64,000 nucleotides of DNA, from the NCBI GenBank assembly GCA_002633005.1, contig NMRA01000085.1, positions 62,001 to 126,000 on the forward strand, given 5' to 3'. The notes under the pieces were generated by a model, which did not search any database, was not told the DNA's origin, and saw nothing but the letters and a program-made list of their open reading frames with translations. This document shows, piece by piece, positions 1 to 13,709 of the stretch. Each line of letters starts with the position of its first letter. The stretch's first letter is position 1. The translations under genes and the position numbers were made by a program. Source of the stretch: Phoronis australis. Lineage: Eukaryota > Animalia > Phoronida.

Positions 1-1569
1 TGCAGTGTCAGTTTATCCTGACGAATGTGGGCAAGGCTAAGAAGGCACATTTGGGTCTGCGCCCGAATCAGTTTTATGCGCCCACATATTTATTCTGTGG
101 GTGGATATTTTAATATATTTTAACTTAAAAGTTGTTGTTGTCTCTGTCTGACCATTCGCCATCCGCTGCTGTATCTCCCAAATGCCTTGTGGAATCTTAT
201 TGAGATTTGATAGGTGTGTTCTGATAAGTTGAAAAAAGATGAAGACGAGTTTTGGACTGATCTGAGCACTGCTGTGCTCTCTAGTGGCAATTTAATTGTT
301 TATTTTTGCCTCTGTATCTTTCTTCTTCTTCTTCTTCTTCCAAAAACAACAAACGATCGTGGTATCGATCCTTGTTGGCGCATTGTTAGTCTAAAACTTA
401 GGTGCACGTAACTGTGAAAAATAATGATAAAACGAAGGGCTGGTTTAGTGCCAAGATAAAAGGTCTTAATGGTTACTGTGTAAGATTGATGTTCAAGATG
501 TGACTAGTGAATATTTCTATTGTTTCTGATGAGATGCTGGATTTTCATGAATGTTGGCATATAGGTTACTATTATGAAGACAATGATTTCGTCTCATTTT
601 GAGTTGGCCATTTTTGTTCTTTTCGATTCCCTTTTTTGCTTCTCTATCTTCCAAACTGCTGGAAGGATCACTAGGCAAATGATTTGTGTTCCTGCTGGGA
701 AGTCTACAGCTGATGTTGATTTTTAAACGAGCCTGACCTCTGCGGTGCTGCCAAGTGGCAATTTGCTTTGGTATTCAATAGCACTTATATTGACATAAAT
801 ACACTATAATTCAAATTCACACCATAGACAACAATGACCTTGACACTAATGACAATTAATGCAGAAGGCGACCTCTAGGACGACTGCATTGTTGCCAGCA
901 CTACAATGCCACCATCTACACCAGCATCCTCCAATAGTGGTGACAATGCTGAGGTATATCTGTGTCAAACAAAAAGAAGGTTTAGTAGCAAGTACACCAA
1001 TTTGTCTCTAGAATTTCTTGCTGAAATCATATACGAGTGAACTATGTACAATTTGTTAATTCCGTGGAAATAAGAAGTGAAAAACAGACTGTAAACTAAC
1101 TTTTTATTTATTATACATATGAAACAAATACATATATTTTATAAGTAGAGTGACACACCCTGACAGCTTGCCATCGTGACAAATAAATGTACAAAATATA
1201 CAAGTTTTCATCTTACAAAATGTAGATTTTATTGAGACAAGAAGAACTTTTCATAGTTGATAATGAAATAAGAAAACTGACCACCAATTTGTGCAAAGTA
1301 TAGAAAATTTTGAACTAATGCAACAACACTCAAAGTGACAATTTCTCTCATATACGCCTGTTACAGAGTGAATGCATTGTTGTAGAGTGTCGTGAATTAA
1401 ATTATTGTGACCTCCAAATTTTTGGTAGAGAAGGCTCAGAATCTCTACTGGTATCCAATTAGCTACCAAGTCATTTTAGGCCCTGCGAATGTTGGAATTC
1501 TCTGAAGTTTCTTTCAAGAGTGCATTCGTGTGTCTAATATATGCCAAGATTTTTTGCTCTTGTTTTCAG

Positions 1570-4500
1570 TTTCCAGCAGGCAGACGTATGGGACCATGTG
1601 ACTTCTACTGGCATTCTGGCTGTTTCTCAGACACCCAGGATCTTTATACAGGAAAAGTCAGCAAATTTCCAGGTAGGAGAGAATATCGTGCGGTCATGAA
1701 TTATCAAAAAGTGGCAAAGTAGTTGCTGCAAACAGTTTTTCATTCACAGTTAAGGTGTGCTTTGAAAGCGGAAATGAATTAATTGTTGAGTCACAGTTGT
1801 CACTGCAACCACACCAATGAGTCGGACATAATTACTATCCGTAACAAACTGCATCATAACTGGCAGGTTCTTACTGCATTAAATTAATTTCAGCGGCATA
1901 GCTGTGAAGTAAAGTGGTGGGGTTGCACTGTTGGCTTACACATTTATTTCACCACTGGATTGCTAGAAGCATGGCCGTTCCGGTCGCGATCTTCCCGGGC
2001 ATTTTCTCTAGGCTGGGTTTGCTTCTTGCAAGCTTCATTTGTATATTACCATTTGGCGTATGAAAGGAGTTTTTTGAATACCTGATTGTTTAACCAATAA
2101 TGATGTTCTGAAGGTCTTGCGTGTATTTTACGCAAAGTTTTCTTTAAGACTAATTTATGGTTGAACGGAGTGGTTTACTTTTCCCGACTTTAGTTTTTGA
2201 CAGAGAAAGAAGTTATCAGTTCGTCACAACCGCTCCTCAAACAAAAACATGAAAACAAGTCGTCCAAAGGTTAAGTTGAAAAATCAATAACGCAGCTGAT
2301 GTACTCTTGCCATAGTGAAGTATGTTCATTTATTTTGTATTTTACCTCGGTTATTTCCTAATGAAAAATTTATGTTGCTCAATTACCACTTCCGATACCC
2401 TATCGCTAATGGATATTAATAAAAATGAGTCTTTTCCTAATCTCCGCATTGGCGTGTCTCGTTGTTCTTGTTAATCCGTCTGCATTACACTGTGATGCGT
2501 TGATTTACAAATCAGTGAAGGGATATGTTGACGTTATCGTGTGCATCAAAGTTAGCCATTATGTCAAAATTTTCTTTAAGACAATGAAAGTGTTGTTCGT
2601 TTTTAAATTTCAATTGGACAAGATTAAAAATGCTTTATGAAATAGAATTTCAGATCACACGTTGCAACTTAACCTAATGTGAGTTGGTGACAATCTCTGG
2701 AGATCATTGTAGTCTGCACGCAGCTCTTTATATGCTCTGCCATTTCCTGGGCTTCTTCTGAATATGGTTTTAGCTTTCCTCTGTATTTGTTTTTTGTTTT
2801 AGGCATGACTGAAGTCTCCCACAAAATCAGCCTTGCACGGGCTCTCAGCTGGATGAAATCCCTGTACCCAGAGCAATATGACTTCTTCCCACGGACTTGG
2901 CTTCTCCCGCAAGAATACCATGAATTTTGTGCCGAAATCGAAATAGAGAAGCGCAACAATCCTAAACACAAATACACGTTCATTGTTAAGCCCAACGAGG
3001 GCTCTCAAGGCGATGGAATTTATTTGATCCGTGAACCACGGGACTATCATCTGTGCTCACGTATGCATGTTGTGCAGGAATATGTGGCCAAACCGCTGCT
3101 TTTAGAGAAGCTGAAGTTTGATTTGCGTGTGTACGTGGTGTTGGTGTCCATAGATCCTGTACGAATATACATCTACAAGGAGGGGATGGCGAGATTCTGC
3201 ACTATTCCTTACCAGACGCCCTCTAGTAAAAACATACGCGAGTCGTACATGCATCTGACGAACTATTCACTTAACAAATACAGTAGCACATACAGCCACA
3301 CTGACAACAAACACGATGGCAGTAAACGGACTCTTCGCAGTGTCTTCTTGCAAATGGAGCGATGTGGTTTCGATGCTACAAAAGCCTGGGAGGAAATTGA
3401 AAGGAGCACTGTGAAAACGATACTTGCCATGATTCCTGAGCTAAGAATAGCGTATAATGCAGAGATTCCATCAGGAAAGCCTGGGCCTACATGTTTTCAG
3501 GTACAGTTACAGGGTGGCGCTGTTGTTTTGCAATTTGCAGTGAAGTCAGCATTTCTTAAAAATGCGCCAACAACTGCGCAAATAAGCTCTCTTGCATTTA
3601 TCATGAAGAATGCACTTGTTTTTGTGATTTGTTAAAGCTGCCATGTTTAGCTGGCAAAAACTAACATGGATTGAGCATTTTGTTCTCGTGAAATCAGTCT
3701 TTTTTGTTCCTTACGGTGATAAGATTCTATTTCCATTTTAACAGAAACAGAATATTATCAAAGAAAGAAATATGAGNTTAGTATGAGACTGGTTTTATGA
3801 CACTGGAAGGCCTAATTCCATGTTTTGTTTTTCAGGTCAGCAATTGCAGCTTTTAATTTAGTTTATCCTAAAGAATCAGTGGGAAAAACAATCAATAATT
3901 ACTGTTTAATAACATAAAGAATTAAACAGTGCGTTTAATAAATTGCTGTCGAATCATTACGTCTACGGAAGATGCTCCAACACGTCTGATCCTTTACACT
4001 GCATAGGGATGATATTCACGAGTGCTATAATAGTTGAATATTTTCACTTATGTTTGGTGTTTTGCACAATACGTTTTCAACAATCATTTCCCTTATCTAG
4101 ACCTTCTGTGTTTTTTGCAACGATTTTGTTTTGGAATTTCATCATTGAGGTACATTATAATTATATTACTGACTTTTCATATTGAAAATGTTTCCTCAGA
4201 AACTAGTAGGAATATTGTGAAAGTGCAATTAAATGTTTTCTTTAAAAAATTTCTTATTTAGCTCAAAGTTATGAAAGTTTTGAGTTTTCAAGCAGAATCT
4301 TTGTAGGTTGTGTATCCATTAAATATTAAATCTTACGAAAATCTTTTCCCTAGAATTAGTTTTCAGAATTTTTCTTTTCAAAAGTTTGCTTATGAAACAT
4401 ATACTGTTTAAAAAGGAAAATTTTAAAATTCTTGGTTGGTGTAGTTTAAACTAGTATCATATGTTTCATATATTAATAAAGCATGAAAATATTTCCAGGT

Positions 4501-7500
4501 GATCAGTGCAATGGGCCCACATGCAAGGCCTGCGCACGTCTGGTACATCGTGTATCAGACCGCCTGCAATTATTTTTATATTTTTTCAGTGTTGCATTTT
4601 ATACTTGATCGTCATTTCCAGATTTGTACAATGTATTTAGTGTTAGTAAGAAAATGACCACTGTCTAAAATCTGAGAAAAGCAAAATTGTTTTACATGTG
4701 TCCCTTTCTTCAAAATAAATCATTGGTTTAACATTTTCATGACCCAATTTCATGAGGCTTAGTCCTAAGGTAAATGGCATCGATCATACCCACATAAGTT
4801 TTTGTGCATTCCGTGAACATACGGGTAACTTGCATAATAGTTCACTCAGACTGTAAGTAGCATCAGTGGCATTGACAATTAAAGCATTTCTGCCATGTAT
4901 TTATGAGCCTTACTTGAGATGCCGTCAGAGCTTATGCTGTCTTTGTTTCAGATACTTGGATTTGACTACCTCTTGACTCATGACCTCAAACCTGTCCTCC
5001 TGGAGGTCAACTCTAGTCCCAGTCTACGAATTGATCACGAAAAAGAGATAGCTATAGGTATAACTGTGCTGCTAGTAAATAAATATTTTACAAAGTGCAT
5101 GTATGTACCAATAGTTGTTGTGTATCAATATTTGTGAAAGTACTATTTGAATGACAGTGAAGCCCGAGTTCAACTGCCTTAAGTTTGCATATCACGAATT
5201 GAGATATCTACAAAAGTTTCCCCGTGCGGACGGCTAATTCACTTAACAGTCAAATGACTGATAATAACTATTATGAGGGGGACAATAGTTACAGAATGGA
5301 TTCGCCACCTTACTAGCTTTCCTGTTAATTCCCCCTCATTCTGGGTCATCAGGGGAGATTACTCTGACTATGAACTTGGCTTCAGCCCAGCATTCATGAC
5401 AAGAAATTTCTGGTTATTTTGTCTGAATTGTTTGATGTTTTGTTGCTTAAACGTCGAGCAAGTAATTACTTTTTGTTTTTGCTTAGGTTCGTATGAATAC
5501 GTTCCGAGTGTGATTGATGAGGAGATAAAGCGACCGCTCATCAGGGAAACTCTGAGACTGCTAGCGCCACCTGACAAGCTTGCTCGAAGGTATACGGTGT
5601 TTGAACAATGTTTGACATTCAGTGTAGGAGTATAGTTTTGTTATTGTTTGTTTGTTTGTTTTGTGACCAGTGTTTTATTAGTTCATAAGTTGTCGGCAAG
5701 TTTCAATACTTAGAATTAACGTCGAATTGAGATACTTAAATATATTTTTGACTGGGTTTCAGATAAAAATTACCCATTTAGTCAGTCCAGGACTTGAAAA
5801 AAGTGACCAGTTTGGAGGGAGCTTTTTTTTTCAAACAAGAACTCGAGGGTGATTCAGTGGTGCAGTCTATGAGTGTATCTGGGCAGCTGCGATTAAATTT
5901 GTTATGTCTACTGTAAAATTTCATAAATTTTAGACCACAAGAAATGCCAAACGTGATCATTCTTCATCTTTTGATGGCTTTTTGAATGTGGTAAATCTCA
6001 ACATTACACATTTGCCTGGTGCAACCAATGTCACTGTGCTGAGAAATGATATTTGATGCTCCGACTTAGTGTGAAAATTGAGAAAACTGAATTTTATTTG
6101 TCTGTTTTATTATATCTATAGTTTTGTCTTTTTCTCTTGTTTACGTTTTGTGGATAGCAAACAGAAAAATCTTTACTTCTTTATGATCCAAGTCTCTCTG
6201 ACCTGCCGGTATTGAAACATGTGTGAATCACTAGTAGTTGTAATTTTTTCTTCTTTATCTTCTTCCTCTTCTACTTCTTCTTCTCATTGTTATTATTATT
6301 ATTGTTATTGTTATTTGCAGCAGCAACAGCGGCAGTGTTATCTCTATCATTGTTTTTGTTGATGTCATCACATTATTCACATTTTCAGCAAAAAACAAGA
6401 AGACACGTTTGACATGGTTATAGAGGCAGTAGAGAAAGAACAGCGACTGACCCGGTCTCAGTCTTGCGATGAGGATGACGAGTTACTAGTCGAAATCTAC
6501 CCTTCCAAGTATGGCCAATGCTATCGCGAGCTTACCCTGTTGGACAGAATTGCTTCAATATTCCAGGCTTCCCTCAGTGTCAGGCAGACTGTTCGCATGG
6601 GATCGTCTGGTTTTCGAAGTTTTGCCAGGTACTGCTGTTTCATAGTATTTCAATGCGAAAAAATGTGTCCATTAAGTAATACCACTTATTATGTGGTAAA
6701 CATTTTACAGTCAAGAGATCGTGCATCACAAGCTCATGCCTGAGCTGCTCAGACATCAAGGCATTGGCGTGCATGCTCATACCTTGACTGAGGTGCTTAG
6801 ACTTCAAGACGTTAGCATGCACTTGCGGTGAAAAATCTTCACTCGTGGAATGGAAACAGTGAATTCAATCCCACGTTTCTGCATGCCAGCGTCACTTACA
6901 AATCCCTTCTGTTGCTGCCATTTTGATAGGATAGGTTAGTAATCTCCTGAGTATTTTCGGAAAGCACTCTTTTCTCTTAGAAGTGATTTTGAAGGTTTTT
7001 TCTTGCTTTTCTTCCAAGAAACTTGGTCTATGCAACACTAACCTGGCTGTTGAGGTACATGGATGCATGAAATAGTTGGTCTTGTTTTTAATTATTTTGA
7101 TTTCAAAAATTAGGTCTTACATGATTTTACTCTGCCTGGGTTATGTGGAGCTCATTGGCAGTATACCACATTCAACAGAACACAATAGCTCAGTTAGTTG
7201 ATAAAGCATATGTTGGAAACAGTGGTAAGCCAAGTGTGAGATTTGGGCATGATGTCATTAAAAATGATATATATAACACCTGTCCTTTTCATCTTTTTAT
7301 TTCTATTAGTCTGTCAGTCTATAATTTTCCTGCTTCCTGAAGGTAAGTAAGTGTAGTTGGTAAATATTGCTCTGGCGTTCTGCGAATTTTGTCTTGTTAT
7401 TTTATGTTGTTAACCTGTGAATGAATCAACAGTCCATATTGCTTCATTTTTCCTACACCACACAGTCCATGCAGTTGTCATTGATGCCAGTCACAAAGAA

Positions 7501-9536
7501 GTTCCCTTAGGGTCCTTAGGAATAATCCACAACACTTTTACAAACAAAATGACAATCTACTTGTATAACGACTCTCAGAAGTGCTTATTGCAGAGAATTC
7601 TACCTTTCTAATACTCCTGTTCTTCAATAAAAATCTAATTTTTGTGTCAGAAAATTGTGTGGGTTGATTGTTTGGTTATACTGGCAATCGTTAACCCTAT
7701 GTTCATTACAAATTTTTTTTTCTTTGATTCATGAAATTGATCTCAACTTGTTCCCTAGTAAAAACAGATGAGAGTTTTGGATACTTCATTATCTCTTAAG
7801 ACAATAACAACCTGTCAGTTCGTTTCAAGAATAAATTAAAATACCTTTTCGTCTGAGTAAGGAACAAGTTGGGACCTGGTGCCCGTTCCAGCAAAACTGA
7901 CTTAGCTGAGACAAATCTTAGTTTTTTTCTAAATTTTAAAATAAAAGTTAAATTTGTCTCAAACCAATTCAAGAAAGAAATCTTAAGTTTGACTTATAAT
8001 AAGTGTTTGACATAAGTTTTGTCTTAATTTTGACTAACTTACCAAATGTGGAAGTTTCAAAGTTTGGAATTAAGATAAATCTTAAACTTAAGTCAAAAAT
8101 GAACTTAAGTCAGTATGTGTTCTTAAATAAAAAGAACTAGTTTATAGGCGTTTAACTTTAAACCAACTCAAATTGAATATTTTCTTCAGTTTAAGAAGCA
8201 CTGTCTTGTTTCAGACGGTGCAAACTAACATCGCAAGGAATTACTAATGCAGAACTGGATATTATTTTCATCGAGCAATCTCGACGCTGGGATTTCCTGA
8301 ATCCTGATGGCACAGCTGGTAAGCATACGAAGTAAACTTTTATAAAGTAAAATCTCATCAATTTCAGATGAAGGTTATTGCCAATCTATTTATGCGCCCA
8401 CATATTTATATACCCATGCACGGCTTAGCAACCACCCTTTGATTTTTAGCTCCCCGGTTCAAGCGCCCCGAGCTGTAACCTGAATGAGTGTGGTATATCA
8501 TTTCACTACGTGCCACAAGCAGATCATTGTGAAAAATCTCATTAAATATAAATATTATTAATATTATAATTATTTATATGCACTGAGGATTTCAAGGGCG
8601 AGATGCTCACTACTTAGTCTGATTGGATTTCTGTATTCGACCGGTGGTCCTGTTGGCTCAGTGTCTAGAGCGTCTGCATGGTTAGCAGAAGGATCCGAGA
8701 TCAGGTTCCAGTTAGGGCAGAATTCTTTTCAGACTTATATTCATTAGGTCACGTGATGTGCCCATAGGTGGCATGTTTACCAGACTTTGCAATCTTATTA
8801 AATGTACATTTGCACTTATCTTGCTTACTGTGAACAGTATTATTGTATCAGATGTGGTGCACAGTCTCCTTAAATGTCTTGGTCACATTAAAGTAGTTTT
8901 ATTGAACACACAATGCTGTTCAATATTCACAAGTTCATTATTGTTCATCAATGTCACATTCAGTATTATGTTCATTTTCATGGGTTGTACAAGCGGCAGA
9001 TTGTGACTTGAACACATTGACTTGGGAAGACCAAATGCACGTGTGAAGACTGTTGGTGTTTTTACAGCCAAAACATGCTTTGTAGCGGCTTCAGTGAAAT
9101 GCAACACTATGACAGGGAATAATGGTCTCCTGCACCAGTTTGTTTTGTAACATTTCATGTGTTATTTTCAGGACTGAACCTTCAGGGATTCATGGAGGCA
9201 TTTTGCTCAATAGCCCGCCGTAAGTTCTACTGCAGTCGCAAGTCAACGATGGTGGAGAACCTGGTGGACTTTTGTGAGGCAAACATGCAGTTTTCATCAA
9301 AGTCACACGGGCGAGGCACCAACTTTCCCGACCTGAACACAACAAAGGCCAGCCAGAGGAGACTGCAAGACTTGAAGTCGATATACATCTCACAAAGGAA
9401 GGCTCGTTTCAGGAGACCTGGAGACAGTTTGTTCCTGGAATTTTTGCATCAAGCTGGCGAGGTGGCGCGAGCAAAAATAAAGGAAGAGGAGGAAAAAAGA
9501 AATGCAGACAATTCAAAAAAGACAGTCATTAAGTAG
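1570..9536 (+). CDS. TTLL11: Tubulin polyglutamylase TTLL11-like, 5'-partial (7 coding exons in window, 572 aa)
   Basis: Exons 1570-1672, 2803-3500, 4952-5057, 5487-5589, 6389-6628, 8215-8318 and 9172-9536 (stop TAG). All introns are GT-AG with matching phases; total 1719 nt. TTL ATP-grasp motifs: FIVKP..GSQGDGI, VVQEY, KFDLRVYV, HLTNYSLNK, CFQILGFD, LLEVNSSPS. FPAGRRMGPCDFYWH...KFPG and the C-terminal RCKL...LDIIFI...RRW...GLNLQGFMEAF..IARRKF segments match remembered TTLL11-specific sequence. The start exon is not in the window. Confidence 0.9.
8648..8720 (+). pseudogene. Degenerate tRNA-like sequence (tRNA-derived SINE head or tRNA pseudogene)
   Basis: A-box-like TGGCTCAGTG, D-arm closure AGAGC and anticodon-like stem TCTGC-ATGGTTA-GCAGA. 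The T arm/B box is degraded. Confidence 0.4.
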
Positions 9537-11320
9537 TGACCTTGTAAAGCCACACATACTTGATGAGTTGTTGTCAAGGTTGGGTCTGGTTTTTGCTATG
9601 GTCGCTGTGACTGAAAACAGCCTGTAATCTGAAGGCCCTTTAGGCTAAAAGACCAACACTCCAAATAGCTGTTTTTGGACATATATGAAGAAAAGGTCAC
9701 TGTGAGGAGCCATTAGGTCCAATTATGGAGGTTTAAACTTTTTAAGATGTCTCTAAAATAATTTGATGAGTCTAATGATAGGTCGAAAAGAAAGCATGCA
9801 AAGTGCATAGCCTCATTTCAGCCTCCAGGGCGCAAGCCAAAAATACATTCAAGTGACTGACTATTGACCTTATTTGGAAAATCAACTGAATTGGAACTCA
9901 GATAATGAGATTATAAATTTGTCACCATTGCAAAGTAGGTGTCAACATGGAATTAATTAATATAAAAGAATTATTGTAATGTGGGAACCAATCGGTACCC
10001 TTACAATTGTTGGGGCCAGTCTTCTTTGTTAAGTTTATCCGCGTAATTTCTGTGACCAATCATGAACCAGTTTAGATCAGAGCCATCTAGTATCTAGTAT
10101 GGCACTAGTCTAACAAAGTGCATATTTGTAATTGTGCAACGTTTTAGGGGAAATTGTATTGTCTATTTAAATGGTGCGATTGTTGCACAAAACAGTGCTG
10201 AAGACAGCTTATTTTCAAACAAAAGCCTAAATGAGAAATGCTTGATCAAAGCATTTAGGATAGTCAGATTCACTTTGACTATTTACGGCACTTGTCAGAA
10301 GTTGACTAATCTGTAACATTCCATGCACCTAGAAGTTCCTATTTTGGGACATTTTTGAGTTGCCAGATACACAGGTCTTCCTATTTTTTTAAGTATAGTA
10401 TTTTCGAAGTGTAGACCAACAAGTAACATTTTCTTAGGGAAACTGGTAATGAAAAAGTCGCTCTTCTCTGCAGTTTGCCCTAGGTACTCTTCTTTGTTAG
10501 TAACCCCTAAAACCTTTAACAACTGGATGTGGTGTATGTGGACTTTTGTTAGTAAAGTCTCCCGGTTTCAACTCCAGAGGGCAGTAGTTTCCAAATTGTG
10601 GCTAGTCCAGATGTCAATCTAGTCAATTTTTAAGCCCTTGGGTGCTCTTTTGTCCTGCATCACAATGCACAGGGTTCAAAGAGTTACTAGACCACACTCC
10701 AACCGGTATCTGTGAAACAAACCTAATACGTATGTTTTGGCTGGTTTTATCAAATTTCTTCTGCAAACATGATCCTAATTTAACTTTTTATAAGTAATTC
10801 CATTTCAGAAGGGAACAGTTCGAAAAATCATCAGTTTTAGTCCAGGGCATGTCAATTTAGTTTAGTGTCTTACTGCCATAAAGGCGTTTCTAGTGGGATA
10901 ATTTCTCTGCTACACACAATAGGACTTTAGATTAGAGTGTGTAAAAAACTTGCCTCTTGAGGACAGCAGGAATTGTACAGATCTCCACCAAGAACTGAAG
11001 GTGTCAGGAAACGGTGGTTTCTAAATTGCGAAAGTAACATAATGAAAATGATCACAGTGGAGTGAACGCCTTTTTGTTTTTCTTGGAGATGTTCTGAAAC
11101 AGCTTGAAAACTATGGTTTGCTCTGTTTCAGACTTTTGAACTATTACTTCATGTTGTATTCAAAGGCAGGAAACTATAGATGTTTTCAAGAGCTAAAAGT
11201 GAACCAAGGTTGCAATGGAGTGTCTTGCCAGGGAAATAGTGACTTAGCTGTACTTGGTTCTTTGTAATTTTGGAAATCAAATTGTCTTTTTAAAAACCTT
11301 GGAATAGTGTGGAGTGCAAC

Positions 11321-11326
11321 AATAAA
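11321..11326 (+). promoter_or_regulatory. Candidate polyadenylation signal of TTLL11
   Basis: AATAAA about 1.8 kb after the stop codon, followed by T/GT-rich sequence. Position is inference only. Confidence 0.4.
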
Positions 11327-11413
11327 TTATTATTTGCAATTACCAGAAGATACCATTTTGATATAATTTTGCCTTTGTTTCATTGTTGTCTGTCGGTTAC
11401 AGAACTGCTACAC

Positions 11414-11559
11414 CATGGGCGGCGCACCATAGGGGGCTGGGGGGCTAGGGCTATAGCCCCCACTTATTTCAGTACTGCGCCGCCCACTGATATTGGTGGC
11501 GCACGCGATAAGAGGCTGAGGGGCTAAGCCCTCCACTTATTTCAATGCTGCACCGCCCT
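11414..11559. mobile_element. Head-to-tail dimer of a ~75-bp MITE with 5-bp flanking direct repeat
   Basis: First unit has terminal inverted repeats (TIRs) CATGGGCGGCGCA...TGCGCCGCCCACTG; a second decayed unit follows. TACAC lies at 11409-11413 and 11560-11564. Inverted homolog at 18320-18393. Confidence 0.7.
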
Positions 11560-13709
11560 TACACATAGCCTTATTAGAGGGAAGGAAAGTTATTATTCGA
11601 TCAAAAACTGTAATGAAAAAGTACTAGACCGGATTTGCCGACCCCACATATTCCCTGGCCAAAAACATCAGTCGAACATGATGACTAAGCCGGCCACCGA
11701 ATTTTATCTGCTGGCAGTGGCAGATCGACAGAGGCCGGAGCTTTTAATGGTACGTAAAGCGCGCCACCTTAAACTCGCTTTTTGAAAACTCTTCCAAGTT
11801 CCAGAGTGACACGGGCCTCTTACTTCTTGGCGACCAGTTGGTGAAGTAAGAAGCTCGACTATGTCCGATTCCTCCGCGGCAATAAGCTCGTCTGCTTCAA
11901 GGCGTTTTTTCTGAGCCACGTGCGCACGCCGCGCTTTTCTACTGGACGAGGAAAGTCGCGAACGCCGAATTCATAAAATTGGCGTGTCACGCCCATCTCA
12001 AGACTGCTACTCTAGAGTAAAGGCCTTTCACCCCAGGCATATACAATTTTCCTCTCAGTTTCTACGAAATCAAGAGAGCCAGGCACAGCAGACGAAATCG
12101 ACTGTTCCGCTGGAGCTCCCGCCTCCTAGCTTGTAAACACGTGATGTTCGTCAAAGCTGTATAAAAATTGTTGGCCTATAGTATAAAACACTATTTAAAA
12201 AGCTCTAGCTATATGGCGCCTGGTTCTCTTTGGACTGGCAATCCAGTCATGCTACACCACCGTCACCATGGCGTGTGGATAGGCCGCGAGTGGAAAGAAA
12301 ATTGAATCTATGGTAAAAAAAAATGTACTGTCCTCATTCAAAGCATTGGCATAGTGGCATGCACGAGCACACCGGAATCGGCTCGCCTTCTCCAAAGGGG
12401 ACGAGCCACGCCTATGAATAGCCAAAGGCCTGTCTTTCTGTGCATTGAAATGTACGCCGGGTGTGGTCGGCGTCATAAGTGTCAGTACTCAATCCTGTTT
12501 TGATGCGTTCCGCCCTTTCAGTGCTGCGCCGCCCCTGCTTGCTCTGTCTCCTGCTAATGATGCAAATTGGCGTCAATCTTCCAAGTTAAAGCAAAAATCA
12601 ACAATAAAGGACTCGTACTCCATAAGTGACAGATTGGACATTAGGATCCTTGGTGGATGGTTTTCCCCACAATTGCCGTGTGTCACGCTTGCCCGTTAAG
12701 CAGATTTTGAAAGCAGTTTCAAGTTTTCCTCCAAACTTTTGAGGATTTCCAAGGGTTAGTAGCGGTGCATTATTTTGCTTCAGAGACTGTATGGGAAAGT
12801 TGTTTTAATATCTGCTAAAAGGCCAAAACCTGGTTTGCACGGTGTCCTTTTAATCAATTAAGGCGCTGAATTCGTTATTCAACTTGATGCGCTGAATTAC
12901 TAGAGTTCGTAAACGATCGTCGTTCAGCTTTTATTCAAAGCGCACTTTTGCTTAATGAACGCGTAGTATTGCTTATTCAACGCGCATGAGTGCTTATCAC
13001 GAGAAAAGCGGACCGTTCACCACAAGCATACATACTTTACCTTTTTACGTAATCAAGCGAGCCAGAAATGTCTTTGTGGCGCCAAGTTTGAATACAACTC
13101 GGATTATTACTGATGTGACACAGTGTGGCGCTAAATGCGGGTTTCTTACTGTAGTCGTCTGCTACACCCCGAAAATCTTACAAATACAAAACTTGAGGTA
13201 GGCCTAATCATCGCTGTAAAATATATGTATAAGGTGTTTTATACTTACTAATACCGCTAACAATGACTGAACATTCTCTTCAAACTGGCTTGTACAGTAG
13301 CCAGCATTGAAAAATGTAAGATTTTCAATACAAATGAGGTTACCACACCTAGTTTTTGAATAGGGCCGTAATCCGGCGTAATCGTAGCGTACGAAGCACA
13401 CAATGGCGGGATTCACTGTCTCTCTTTTCCTTTGTTATTAATATTTAGCCTTTCATATTAATGGGTACTCTCTGGGAGGTGCGGCCTAAGGCAATCGCCC
13501 CCTTTACCCCTCTTTAAATCGGACACTGTCAACTGTTCACAAGGAAAAAGGTAAGATTCCTAAAGACGCCGCTGGTACGACTGTTTTAGGGGTTATGTGA
13601 ACAGTTTAATTGGAATAGTGTGACTGCGTCGTCCTAGATTAGCTATTGAGTTTAGAATTAAATACTGGTTCTGTGCATCATATTCTACATCGTATGTTTA
13701 GGCGCCAGT

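Noticed and set aside
865-953. Possible extra TTLL11 exon (AG...GAG|GTATAT)
   Set aside because: Weak acceptor, and the translation is low-complexity with no resemblance to TTLL sequence.
8648-8720. Functional tRNA gene
   Set aside because: The T arm and acceptor stem are not intact; kept only as a relic.
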